A stretch of DNA of 64,000 nucleotides from Macrostomum lignano. Lineage: Eukaryota. The stretch covers positions 13,441 through 77,440 of the forward strand of contig NIVC01000265.1 in NCBI GenBank assembly GCA_002269645.1. The letters are read 5' to 3'. A model generated the notes under the pieces. The model made no database searches and was not told where the DNA came from. It worked only from the letters and a program-made list of their open reading frames with translations. Positions 25,089-37,763 of this stretch are shown here, one piece after another. Made by a program: the position numbers and the translations under genes. The first letter of the stretch is position 1; each line of letters opens with the position of its first letter.

Positions 25089-27174
25089 ATACCTAAAAAA
25101 ACTAAAATAGCTTATCAGCTTGAAACTGGTCAGCTTGGTTAGGTAATGAAAAAATCTGTCTTTAAGAATCAAAATAATAGCTAGAAGCTAAGGAATAATC
25201 CTGCAAAATTGTTTGTTAAATTCTTCTCATTGTTTAACTGATTCTTAATGTTTGAAAAATCCAATAAAGCATATTAAACAAATATCAGCTAACTGCCTAG
25301 TGTTTTAATTATATGCATAGCAGCTGTCCACCATGTGTTTTAATTGTATGCGTAGACATAATAATTGTTGCATCTTTTAAATATTAAAAAATAATATAGA
25401 TTGTCTATATAGGCCCTATGTATTATATAACTAATATAACAGGCCTTGCATGAGATGCTAGAGACAAAAGTGACTATAGTTTTGGAACAAAGCAATTTTT
25501 GTATTTAAATAATCATCTTCTATAATTGAAATAGTATATTTTATATGAGATGCTCATTTATAAAAAAGATATGGTTCTATAACTGCTTGAAATTAGCAAA
25601 ATTGACTAGAAATGCTATAGTTTTGGAACACTATCATTTTAATGCAATTTTTGTAATTAAATGATTCTCATCCAAAATGGATATAATACATAAGGTATTA
25701 AGATATATAAGTGCTAAAAGGGTTATTTGTTACATAAAGTCAATCTCTGGAAATCACTTCAAATGGAACAAACTTATGGTAGGCCTGAGTTAATTTTAAG
25801 ACTCAAAGTTTTGTATAATTGTATCAAAATAGTTAAAGATTGTTTGTGTCAAATTCTAAGAAGGTTAGTTAAACTAAAGTGGTGCTATAGAAAATTTAGT
25901 GAAAAATTCACAGTTTTTCTAGGTAAGAAGACTTAGATTTAGAAAATTTTAAGGTAGTTTAAGACATTCTCAATAATAAGTTTAGGATAGATGCAAAATT
26001 TGGTATAATATAGTTGAGCAGTTTGGAAGTACATAGCAAATAAATTTATACATAAATATATACAAATAGTATACATTCATTTTTATTGGTAGAGTAGAGA
26101 TTATATAAATAAAAGCATATTTTTTAATTATAAACTTCTATAAATTTAAATTTATCCATTGTCATTGTTTCTTTTTTATGCTGCATTCATAGATGGCCTG
26201 CTATCCCTTTCTAGTCCATTATCCCAAGTGTATAGTGGCCTAAGTCTGGCATAAATGATAAAAGTTCATCAATTTTCTTCCATCATTATTCCAAGCATGA
26301 AATGAACACTATGGCTCTAGTATCAAATAGATTATAGCTCATATATTAAAAATATTGCTACCTTCTATGTCAAAGTGTGCATGAATTCATTCAATATTAA
26401 TGATATGGCTTATTAATACTTTCACTGTCTCCAATGTGAGACACATTGTATATTATGGATATGGGTGCTTTGTTTATAAGCTCTAATATTATTTTAGATA
26501 TGCTAGCCATAGACATGTCTATACAACTATAAGTATAAAGCTAGGCAATATTACAGATATACTAATAGCTGCCATTTCTATAAGTTTGTGCATTCTAGAC
26601 ATGATTGCCATATCTAAGTGTGTTATTTGTTTTATATAAAAGGATTATTTGGTAGGCTTCCCTAAGAATGCAGTTAGAAATTAGATCAAGTTTGGTCTCC
26701 ATTGAGGTTACTATATCAACTTAGTTATCTCAATGGAGACCCTATTTGAATCTACATTGTGGCTAATATAATATACTTTTTTCATTTCTTAACTAATCTA
26801 TTGTTTTAGATATACTTGAAAGTTTAACAAAAGTATCACTTTTTACTTTTAAAACAGGTTAGTTTGTTGGCCCCATAAATTAAGTTGATTAAACTTTGTT
26901 TTAAAAGCCTTAACTTTGAAATAAAAAAGTTAAGATCACTATTTTTTCAGGCTAGGAAAGAATTAGTTAAAAAATATATGCATAAAAGCCATCTAAAAAC
27001 TTTAAAAGTACACATTTTACTTGGATACAAGCTAAATAGTAAATTGTATTTCATTATCAAAGATACGCTACAACATAGAACTTTTCTTTTTGATGTGAAT
27101 TTGCAAACAAAGACGTTAGATCATTTCAAGGAATTCATTGGTTTTGCTTACAAAGGAAGACAGTACAAGACTTG

Positions 27175-30100
27175 ATGGCAATGGTCAATCTACTTGGCCT
27201 AGCCCTGCTTTTAATTGCAACTGCTACTGCTGCTGATCCATGCCCTAAAAGCAGGGGTTGGCTTTCAGTTGGTAGCACTGGAGATTGTGTATTTCTATCT
27301 GACAGCTTCTTGGGAAGCTACAGACAGGCTGAGGCAAAATGTCGCAGTCTTGGCGATAACAAAGATTTCCATCTGACATTCCTGCGAGATACTTTGTTTG
27401 TCGAACAACTGGAAGCAGCACTGAATACTCAGTTAAATGTTACCAACATCAACAGCACTTACTGGATTGCAGCGCATCGAAACCTGGTTAATAATCGGGT
27501 AATCTGGCTTAACGATACTTATATCGATGGAAGTCTGTCTCCACTAAGACTAGTCTTTGACCCTTCGCCTACTGATGCTAAAGGTTTCGGCTATCTAATA
27601 CTGCAAGAATCCATTGAGGGGAATAGCACCACTAACAGTAGTAGCAACAGTAGCACACCAACACGTGCTAGCCTACAGATGAGATTCGATAAATCCGAGT
27701 CCACTCCAAGACGCGCACTTTGCGCCCGACAGGCTGTGAATCCGGCAGTTCCCAGGTCCAATTTGCAAATTACAGGCGGTTACTGTCCTAAAATTGCTGG
27801 CAAAACTAAGGCAACTGTGCATTATATCTCTGATCGTTGCTACGCTGTTGTTCCCGGAATCGCTGATGATGCATGCGCTAGTCTTGGCTCAAATTATCTC
27901 CCAGCAATGCTGAATGATTGGACTGCTCAACAGGTTGCTACAGTGTTGGCTGATAAGCATCCACTGGTTTTTGGTTTACGCTTCGTGCCTGGTCGAGGTT
28001 ATTTGTGGCACAATCAGTCTGAGAAGGCTTCTGTTCTGCTCACTGCATGGTCAGCCAATCAGCCTGCGACTGACAAGGCTTGCGTTGCTATTGGCAACGG
28101 TACAGCTACATGGCGCAGTCTGGATTGCAATGCAAATTCCGCTAGTTTATACAGCCTCTGTCATACGCCTGCCAGTGTTGATGCTAGTAACCCGTTCGAT
28201 TCGAAGTTGACCAACTTTCTTAATAGTGGCGTCAGTTGTCTGCCTGGATTTGTTAATTTTGATTCTTCTTGCTACTACCTTGGCGATACCCCAATTGCTG
28301 GTAATTCTTCAATAACCGACTGGTGCTCGGAAAAGTACAATGCTAGCGCTGTTTGGTTTGATAGACCAGCTCAGCTAGCTTTAGTATCGTTGCTTGGACT
28401 GCAGCCAAATCGTTATTACGCTATTGATAAACCTGTTTCATTTGATGCAGGTTGGCTGTCTCTACCAGATAGCCTGCCACAGGCTAATGGCTCCTGTCTA
28501 GCCTTTTCAACAGGTACTGGCGGCTTGATTAACCAAAATAGCAGTGCTCAGTGCGCCAATCTTTTACCCGCTTGTCGCTATCCAAAGCCTCAGTCGGAAA
28601 CGAGGGCTATTAGTCATTCTCCAACTGCGGCTACAACTGCCATTGTAGAGACAACATGTCCGCGGGGTTTTATCTTAGCCGACAATAAATGTCTAGCAAC
28701 AAGTTCGAACTATTCCGATTGGCACAACGCCAACATCGCCTGCCAAGGATTATTTCCATCAGCTTTTGTTGCTAGCTTACACTCGAGCATTAAGGCCTCC
28801 GTTGTCGCAAAGTTGCTACCCACTTCAAACACTTATGGAGCCTGGCTTGGTCTCAGCATTCGTCGTTCGTCTGGGCTTCTCTATCCGACGTGGACCGATT
28901 CTACTCAGTTTGATTATTATCCACCGCATTCAGCTAATAGCATTAAGATACAATCATCCTTTCAATGCGCCTACGTTTTATCTGACAGTAGTAAAGGCTT
29001 TATATGGCATCTGACAAATGACTGCAACGCTGCAAAGAGGCTTGTACTATGTCAGGCTGCGCCAAATGTTACTAATAAATACTCGACTCCGGTTCAATCG
29101 ACTCTATCCGCTGCCATGACAACTATGCCACCCGTGAAAACCGCCACGCCAAAAGTTCTTAGTTTTGCTGAATCATGCCAGAGCATTAATGGTCAGAGAC
29201 TATCGGACGATGGTAGACGGTGTTACTCGTATCGGGTGCTAACTAACAAAACTTATAACTGGTTTGAAGCTTTTGCTGCCTGTCAAAAAATCGACTCAAG
29301 CAATGCTAGCAATTTGGCTTCTATCGAATCGGAGTCTGAGAACAACTTTGTTAGAAAGTTGCATCTAGCCCATGGTTTAGTTTGGCTTGGCTTGAACGAA
29401 GCTTACGAGCAAGTTCCAGATAAATTGACAACTTGGTCAGATGGTACTCCGGTTCAGTACGTTAACTTTGACAATAGCAAACCAGATCTTTACGGTCAGT
29501 GCGGCGCGATGATGACGCAACTTATAAAGAGTTCAGAATATTCGTCATCTAAGAATCTATTACGCTCGGGACTTTGGTATGATCGAGATTGTGGAGAGTC
29601 TTTGTCGGTAGTGTGTAAAACTTTAGTGTCAAAGTTGCCCGATCAGGATGCTTCTACTTCTCAGCCGTCGACTGGTAATAGTTCGAAGGTTGAGCGTTAC
29701 TGTCCAGCAGACTGGCTAGCAACTCCAGATAACACCGCTTGTTATCGCCTGCTACCTAAGCCGGCTAGATTTGCCGATGCTCGCTCCAGCTGTCAGAGTC
29801 TGGACGGCGATTTAGCGTCCTATCAGACTTCTGGTCAGCACGATTTTCTAGTTAGCCTAGTTGCTAGCCTAGGTAGAAGAGCCGGCTTAGTCTGGCTTGG
29901 TTTGCAATGGGCCGGTAGCGCCTTTAATTGGCTGGACGGTTCCAAGGTGAACTTTCTGGTGTGGCCTCACGCGCCATCTATACCGTCAACGCATTGTTTA
30001 GCTACTAGATACCATCCATTGCTAAGCAAATCTGGCTATCATTTAGCCGAGCTGTGCAGCTTGCCTTTGCCGGCTCTGTGCCGTAGGCCGCTTACTGTGA

Positions 30101-32488
30101 TACCGCCGTCTTCTCCGCAGCCTAAGATATGCAAGGATGGCTATGTAGCCTTCAATGGAACTTGGTGTTATAGATTTCACAGTGCGGCGGCAGATTTTGA
30201 AACTGCTCAAACTAATTGTAAAAATGATAGCGCTGAACTACTTTGGTTGGAGGCGTCGTCTGAGGTGAGCCTAATTAACTTAACTTTATGGAATAGATTC
30301 CGTGCTCGGTCAAATTCATCTGGTGCTTGTATGCACGAAAATCCGTCATCTGTGATCCCAGAGTCGTTGCAGATTACGCAGGTAAACTTGGAAGGAATGA
30401 CTCTAAACTACTCTAAAACGACGAGATGTCATGGTATGGTACAAGCCGCCAAAAAGTCAAAGAGTTGCTTAAGAATCACTTTAAAGTGTTTTATTGCCTG
30501 CAAATCTGAAACGGCTTTAGGGCGACGCAGGTGATTTGCCCCCGTAAAGTGGTATTTAAGGCGATGCCACAGTCTGTAGAGTCGTTAGTTTGTGTTTGAA
30601 GCGCATTAGCATTGGTTGATGAATTAGAGTCGCATCTCTAGCGAAAGCTAGGCGCCAACACAACGATTCTTGGTCGACTCTTTCGCGACTCTACGATTCT
30701 ACCACTGACGTGACGCGCTTTTGACGCAACAGTTGCCTCTCCGTCGCATTAGATGGATTCTAGTCTTTAAAAATTCACGAGTTGCCCCAGAGGCGATAGT
30801 CACTAGTGAGTTGTTGGCAATGACTCTAGCGATTCTTTTCAGAGTTGATGCTTTTTTGCTTTAGACAATAGCGACTGTAGAAGTTCAAATGCTACATTTA
30901 GTTTATTGTAAACATTCTTATTCCTCTCTTTGTTGCCTGCCTCCCCAACGGGGGTGCAGATTGCTAGTCCAATATACTAAAATCTACGACTAAGGGTCAA
31001 TACCCTATTACCCTTCAATCCTAGCTATGAGTGCAAATATTTCAATAACGTACAGTCGACATTTAATAACAACAACAAACATTTTCAGGTACATTTTATT
31101 CGCAGTTTGGCTTCATCAATCAGTAACCCGCCGCCCAGCGATATTTGGCTAAATTTGCGTTCCAACACTGAACAGATTACTGGCTTGAATTGGGCTACTG
31201 CTAGTAGTAGTGATAGCGACAAATTCAATCCTGTTCGATTCGACTATGTACTGCCAGAATTTCGTCATTACAACTTGGACAAACTGTCTGGTTGCTATGG
31301 TTACCGACTGTACAACAGGGCCACTCCGTCGGTCATGGGTTTGAATAGAATCAGCGGCGGTCCAGCCGAGGACTGCGGCAAGCCGAAACCATTCGTTTGT
31401 AAGGCTGCCGCTATTGCTGATTTGGCATCGCCAGACTCTGATACTAATCATAATAAAAACATCGGTTGCTATGGCGTTGCTAAGCGCTATTCCGGCTACG
31501 CTAGTCGATCTATAGACGGTCGAGAATGCGTTCGATGGGATTTAGTTAGATTGATCTACGAGCAGACCGATGTTTATCGATTTTACAATAATACCAATGA
31601 CTCGAATACGGCTATGCACCTGCTGCCGATAGGATCTCCGTTTGCTAGCGAGGTGGTGGATATTGAGACCGACAATAGTCAGGTTAGTTATGTGATGTCT
31701 GATAAAATAAGATTGAAATATAAAACTACTTAGCTGACGAGGCATTGTAGTTAATAAATAAGTTTATGGTTACTCCTGCTGTTTACCCAAATTTCCAAAA
31801 TATAAATATTTACTTTATTGTTGTTTATGTATTTTGGGCCTCTGCTGTATGTATGCCATCCCGGTTTATTATTTTGTATAAACTAGTCAATGTAGTAATG
31901 TACATATCTTATGTGCCGATATGTATCGAAAAATAACTTCATGCATCGGTCTGTTTTCTATACTGTAGCTATCTCCGTCTGCCGATATGTATCGTAAGTA
32001 ATATTTTTTTAACCTCACCCAAGGAAACCCTTGGCGAAGCGGCTAATTTCTGTCGCTCACCGCCAACATCTGTCACCGGCGGCGTCAACGGCTTGGCTCT
32101 GGGCGTCGGTCGGCCGGTCTGTTTCGCGCGTCACAACCTACCTGGCAACAAAAACTACACATTAAAACTGGAATTCTGTCCGGTACCGTTGTGTCCGGGT
32201 GAATCTGAGGCCAACTCGGACCGACATGCCGAGCCAGACAGCCACCAGCATAGCGGCGGCGTCAGCATCGGTGTCCTGACTGTCATCGTGCTTGTCTGCG
32301 CGCTAGGCGTTGCCGGCGTTGGCGTTCTGGGCTTCTGCATCTGGAAGCGCGGCCGCTGGGCTGCCGGTTACCGACCGCAGTTGAATCTCGACGCCGGCTC
32401 TGGCGGCGGCGGCGTCTTTGGCGGCGTGAGCATCGGCGGCGGTGGCACCTCGTTTCATAATCCGATTTATATGCCCGCTAACTGTTGA
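27175..32488 (+). CDS. Mannose-receptor-like multi-C-type-lectin receptor with a kringle, about 1382 aa; exons 27175-30264, 31089-31682, 32024-32488
   Basis: Signal peptide and about 7 CTLDs (C..gw, CY, A...C, WIGL/WLGL, W.DG, W....C). Phase 0 splices give SE|VHFIRSL and DNSQ|ETLGEAANFCRSP. Kringle motifs CY..Y.G..S.S.DG.EC.RW, NFCRSP, PVCF, EFCPVPLC; TM helix; tail FHNPIY. Confidence 0.85.
30941..30967 (+). mobile_element. Helitron-like 3' terminus, second copy, in lectin-gene intron
   Basis: ctccccaacgggggtgcagattgctag|t. Confidence 0.5.
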
Positions 32489-32539
32489 CTGGATGCTGGG
32501 CTTGGTTGAGGCTGGCATTGTTGGGTCAATTTTGGGGTC

Positions 32540-33912
32540 TGGCACATTGATATCTGAACAGTCTGACACTTTGATATCTGAACAGTCTGACACTTTGATA
32601 TCTGAACAGTCTGACACTTTGATATCTGAACAGTCTGACACTTTGATATCTGAACAGTCTGACACTTTGATATCTGAACAGTCTGACACTTTGATATCTG
32701 AACAGTCTGACACTTTGATATCTGAACAGTCTGACACTTTGATATCTAAACAATCTGACACTTTGATATCTAAACAGTCTGACACTTTGATATCTAAACA
32801 ATCTGACACTTTGATATCTAAACAATCTGACACTTTGATATCTAAACAGTCTGACACTTTGATATCTAAACAGTCTGACACTTTGATATCTGAACAGTCT
32901 GACACTTTGATATCTAAACAATCTGACACTTTGATATCTAAACAGTCTGACACTTTGATATCTAAACAGTCTGACACTTTGATATCTGAACAGTCTGACA
33001 CTTTGATATCTAAACAATCTGACACTTTGATATCTAAACAGTCTGACACTTTGATATCTAAACAGTCTGACACTTTGATATCTAAACAGTCTGACACTTT
33101 GATATCTGAACAGTCTGACACTTTGATATCTAAACAATCTGACACTTTGATATCTAAACAGTCTGACACTTTGATATCTAAACAGTCTGACACTTTGATA
33201 TCTAAACAGTCTGACACTTTGATATCTAAACAGTCCGACACTTTGATATCTGAACAGTCTGACACTTTGATATCTAAACAGCCTGTCACTTTGATGTATA
33301 TCTTGTCTGACACTTTGATGTCTATATAGTCTGACACGTTGATATCTATGCAGTCTGACACATTGTGATCTATATAGCCTGACACATTAATATCCATATA
33401 GTCCGACACATAGATGTCTATATAGTCGGACAGACATAGTCTGACTTTGATGTCTGTATAGTTTAACACATTTTGATCTATATAGTCTTGACACATTGTG
33501 ATTTATATAGTCTGACACATTGTTGTCTATATAGTCTGACACATTGATATCTATATAGTCTGACACTTTGATATCTATACAGTCTGACACATTGTTGTCT
33601 ATATAGTCTGACGCATTGATATATATATATATATATATAGTCTGACACATTGGTATCTCTATTGTCTGACACATTAGTATCTAAATAGTCTGACACATTG
33701 TTGTCTATATAGTCTGACACATTGATATCTATATAGTCTGACACTTTGATATCTATACAGTCTGACACATTGTTGTCTATATAGTCTGACGCATTGATAT
33801 ATATATATATAGTCTGACACATTGGTATCTCTATTGTCTGACACATTAGTATCTAAATAGTCTGGCACATTGTTGTCTATATAGTCTGACGCATTGTTGT
33901 CTATATAGTCTG
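32540..33912. repeat. 24-bp minisatellite starting about 50 bp after the lectin stop; the distal part forms a 172-178-bp higher-order duplication
   Basis: ctgacactttgatatctaaacagt x about 31, then diverged units; blocks start at 33512, 33690 and 33862 and differ in (TA)n length. Confidence 0.95.
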
Positions 33913-34404
33913 ACTCGAAAATGCTTCTAGGATGATTAATTAATACCGCTTGTTATACTTAACACCATGCCCTTTTTAACTTTAGTAAGTCCTCTTTTTC
34001 CTTTAAGTGAAGCAGCCCCGAATTTCACAGCTGTACATCGGAGAAATGTATAATCAGCTGACACAAACTCTTTCGCCATAATTTTGTTTTGCACAATACT
34101 GACTGACACACGCAGAAGCATTATATCTGGATTTTTATTCTAATTAATTAGCTATTTATGTGCCGTATATCACTTGTAACAAGTTGTAAAATTACCTTCA
34201 ACAGATTTCATAATTTAGCTTTTTTTCTACGTATGTTATTCCTTTATAGTTAAACTATCGTTAAAACAACCCGTTTTACAGTTGCTAGGAACTTGAGCTT
34301 GTACTGTTTTTGCTTTTTTGTTACGCTAACGAGTTAGACTTGTGTTAATATTAGTTGGATTTTAATTGCAAAAGGTATTTTGGCTACTTTATCACTTCAC
34401 AGGG

Positions 34405-35060
34405 AGTGTCAGTTGCTGCTCCAGCCTCCCAGATCCTCAGTTGCTGGGCCAGCCTCCCAGTGTCAGTTGCTGGGCCAGCCTCCCAGATCCCCAGTTGCTG
34501 GACCAGCCTCCCAGATCCCCAGTTGCTGGGCCAGCCTCCCAGATCCTCAGTTGCTGAGCCAGCCTCCCAGATCCTCAGTTGCTGAGCCAGCCTCCCAGAT
34601 CCTCAGTTGCTGGGACAGCCTCCCAGATCCTCAGTTGCTGGGCCAGCCTCCCAGATCCTCAGTTGCTGGGCCAGCCTCCCAGATCCTCAGTTGCTGGGAC
34701 ATGCAGCCTCCCAGATCCTCAGTTGCTGAGCCAGCCTCCCAGATCCTCAGTTGCTGGGACAGCCTCCCAGATCCTCAGTTTCTGGGCCAGCCTCCCAGAT
34801 CCTCAGTTGCTGGGACATGCAGCCTCCCAGATCCTCAGTTGCTGAGCCAGCCTCCCAGAGTGTCAGTTGCTGGGCCAGCCTCCCAGATCCCCAGTTGTTG
34901 GGCCAGCCTCCCAGATCCTCAGTTGCTGGACCAGCCTCCCAGACCCTCAGTTGCTGAGCCAGCCTCCCAGAGTGTCAGTTGCTGAGCCAACCTCCCAGAT
35001 CCTCAGTTGCTGAGCCAGCCTCCCAGAGTGTCAGTTGCTGGGCCAGCCTCCCAGATCTTC
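34405..35060. repeat. 28-bp minisatellite, second locus
   Basis: Same unit and the same gagtgtcagttgctg variant as 15975-16530. Confidence 0.95.
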
Positions 35061-35889
35061 TATTACATATTTTAGTCAACACAGTTAAAAACTGTATTTT
35101 TAACCTGGTGAATCTGTAATTAGTAAAAGCACTAAATCAAATATTAAAGCACTTTTATCGCATGTATTTTATTTTTTTGCCTTGAATTTCTTAATGTAAA
35201 TTTGTCAATACATTTTAAAGCTTTCCTTTGATCTCATTGCTATTGGATTGGCACCCAGTCTCATCTCTATCAAGCAGTTGTAACTTCGTATTACATTCTA
35301 GAACTAACACCACTCTGTCACGTGCTGCGTTAATGCTTTTCTCTTCTTGTGCGTCAAACTCTATTATTCTATTTCGTTAGTTTTATACTACTTAGTAATT
35401 GAATTCCCGGCTTCAGTAGTACGCTGCGCCTATGTAACCAATACGAACTATTTTTGTGTGATTTTTGCCCGTTCACCTGCAGATGTTTTTATTCAGTTTC
35501 TATATTTTTTCTTCAATATATTTTAAACGCATTGTTTCATGTAGTACAGCTGCGTTAGGCACCCTTTTTTTGTCTGACCTCTACTTCTGTCCGATTTCTC
35601 TTCTACTGCTACTTGAAGTACTATAAAGTTCAGCTGCGTATACTAGCAATTACTTGTAGATCGCTTAGCCCAGAGAGTGATTCACTTGTTAAAACAATTT
35701 GTCTATCAAAGAGGAAATTCAAAATTACAATAATTTTTCCCGGCCCGCCCGGCTTTCCTGTTTTTGTTTTGTTCTTTGTTGTCATGACTTGTTCTTTGTT
35801 ACTTTTTCATTTTGGCGAATAGACTGTTTTGCTGTGTTTTAGATAGTTCGTCTTTCTGTTAAGACTCCATTCTGCACTATCCTTCTCAA

Positions 35890-36155
35890 ATCCTCAGTTG
35901 CTGGGCCAGCCTCCCAGAGTGTCAGTTGCTGGGCCAGCCTCCCAGATCCTCAGTTGCTGGACCAGCCCCCCAGATCCCCAGTTGCTGGACCAGCCTCCCA
36001 GATCCTCAGTTGCTGGGCCAGCCTCCCAGATCCCCAGTTGCTGGGCCAGCCTCCCAGAGTGTCAGTTGCTGGGCCAGCCTCCCAGATCCCCAGTTGCTGG
36101 ACCAGCATCCTCTCAGATCCCCAGTTGTTGGGGCCAGTCTCCCAGATCCCCAATT
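35890..36155. repeat. 28-bp minisatellite, third locus
   Basis: Same unit, same orientation. Confidence 0.93.
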
Positions 36156-36449
36156 GCAGGGCTGTTGGCCACTCAAAATTTTCCTCATAGGCTTCCTCAT
36201 ATCCATCCAGTTCATTTTAAGTGCGCCAGTTCACCCATCACTAAGTCTTGGCAAAGTGAGTCAGTGCTCAATTTCTTATTAAATCCTGCAGTTGATGATA
36301 AGAAAGGATTCTGAAGTGTAGAGTATAGTAAGTCACTCTATTGACCGTTTTTGCTTCCAGTCTCTTATCTGGGTTTTTTTTGCTCTGAATTTCCTATTTT
36401 AACCGTCATTTGCTATCTATCAGGGCTTCTAGATCGTTTCATGCAGCTC

Positions 36450-36638
36450 CTGCACTCCGTGGCCAATGGGAGATTTGGTAGAAATCTCCAATTAGAGAAA
36501 TTTCGAAACGGGTAGAAACGGTAGAAAAATTTCAAACGGGCATCAACTCAGGCCGATGAACTTTAGATTTGACTGGTTTTTTGCTGCAGTTTTGCATCTA
36601 TAAGTTGAGTTTGAATTGTCTTCCTAGTGAGCGTAAGT
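36450..36638 (+). promoter_or_regulatory. Candidate Vav promoter and non-coding first exon
   Basis: Two CCAAT motifs near 36462-36492, donor GC|gtaagt at 36633, and acceptor aacttgcag|38032 ahead of the Vav ATG. Inferred. Confidence 0.35.
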
Positions 36639-36709
36639 GCTAATCTGCATCAGTTTTTTTGGGACCAACCCTCAAGGCACAAAAAGTTTACATTCTTGAC
36701 GACATACTT

Positions 36710-36985
36710 GAGAGGGGGGTTGTAGTCAGAGCGTCAGACTCACGACTTGAAAGGTCGGGGGTTCGATTCTCGACCCACTCGGAACAATTTGTGTCCTTGA
36801 GCAAGACACCTAACTCTGCATTGCTTCAGTTCACCCAGAGCTGTAAAATGGGTGCCAGCATTAGCTGGGGTAATTGAGGCTGTGTGGAGACCCCCCCCCC
36901 CCAGTCCTTGGACTGAACAGCCGTACGCAGCCTTCAGATGCGCCGCGCAATAGCTGCGGCTGAGCTGTCGGTTATCTGGCATCAT
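36710..36985 (+). mobile_element. tRNA-headed CORE-type SINE, family A, near full length
   Basis: tRNA-like head gtagtcagagcgtcagactcacga...ggggttcgattctcgacc (B box near 36760), then gtgtccttgagcaagacac...cacccagagctgtaaaatgggt; second copy at 1862-2070. Confidence 0.82.
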
Positions 36986-37763
36986 GGCCGAATTAGGGCG
37001 CCTGTACATCCTGTGTGAGCGAGTGTGCGTGTTTTGGTTGTCTTTGCCACAGCATAAGACGCACAGTAGGCATGGGTTAATTTGACTTCCAACTGGTATA
37101 GTGCGCAAATAGCATGTATGCATGTTTCCTATGGGTTCTAGAATGAATAAGGCCTGTTGTTAGCTAAGCTGGCTTCAGAATATTGTTCAGTCGTGTATCA
37201 ATTTACCGATCTTTCTGTCTTATACTAATTTTTTATATATAATTCTACTTAGTCTTTTTCTACATATAGCTGCGTTTTCAATTGGAAAAAATGATGCAAA
37301 AGTCAAGTGCACAAGTAATGGCTTCTTTGGCTTTTAATTTGATCATTCAGCTCTGTCTTTAACCCACTGTTTCTTCGCCTCCCTCTCTCTCCTTCTCTTC
37401 ATTATATATATATCTAGGCTAGCTGGAATAATTTTATCTAAACTAGTTCCTCATAATATAGCCTATTATAATGAATGCTAAAAAGAATACGGCATACAAT
37501 AACAAAAGATTTAGCGTTGCTGAATTGAAATTGCATTGGGATGCCTTGGCTTTAAAGTCGTCTGCTGTGCTGTGAGTAATAATCAAGGATTGTGAATGCT
37601 CTTTTAGGATACTTTTTAGTTGGAGGCAGGGGGGTTGTGTGCACCTACCGGCGAGAGGCATTGCTGCCCATTCCGCCGACTCCCCTGAGCAGGCACACAA
37701 GCGCGCGGATACGTACGCAGTCATACGCACAGGCACACACTTACACAGAAATGTACAGCCGCC

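Noticed and set aside
30265-30534. C-terminal extension of the 1120-aa ORF
   Set aside because: Follows a strong donor (GAG|gtgagc); the CTLD continues in phase at 31089.
32303-33496. 397-aa DCLDIKVS repeat ORF and other frames
   Set aside because: A 24-bp array that is open in several frames; antisense to the lectin gene end.
33936-34121. 61-aa minus-strand ORF
   Set aside because: No recognisable motif, splice context or codon bias.
36158-36314. Exon-like segment (caattgcag|GGCTG...GGCAAA|gtgagt) with a hydrophobic frame, then a possible 36-nt intron
   Set aside because: No upstream exons or start could be joined consistently; needs RNA-seq.
36710-36785. tRNA gene
   Set aside because: No complete cloverleaf or acceptor stem; it continues into a repeated CORE-like body, so it is a SINE head.
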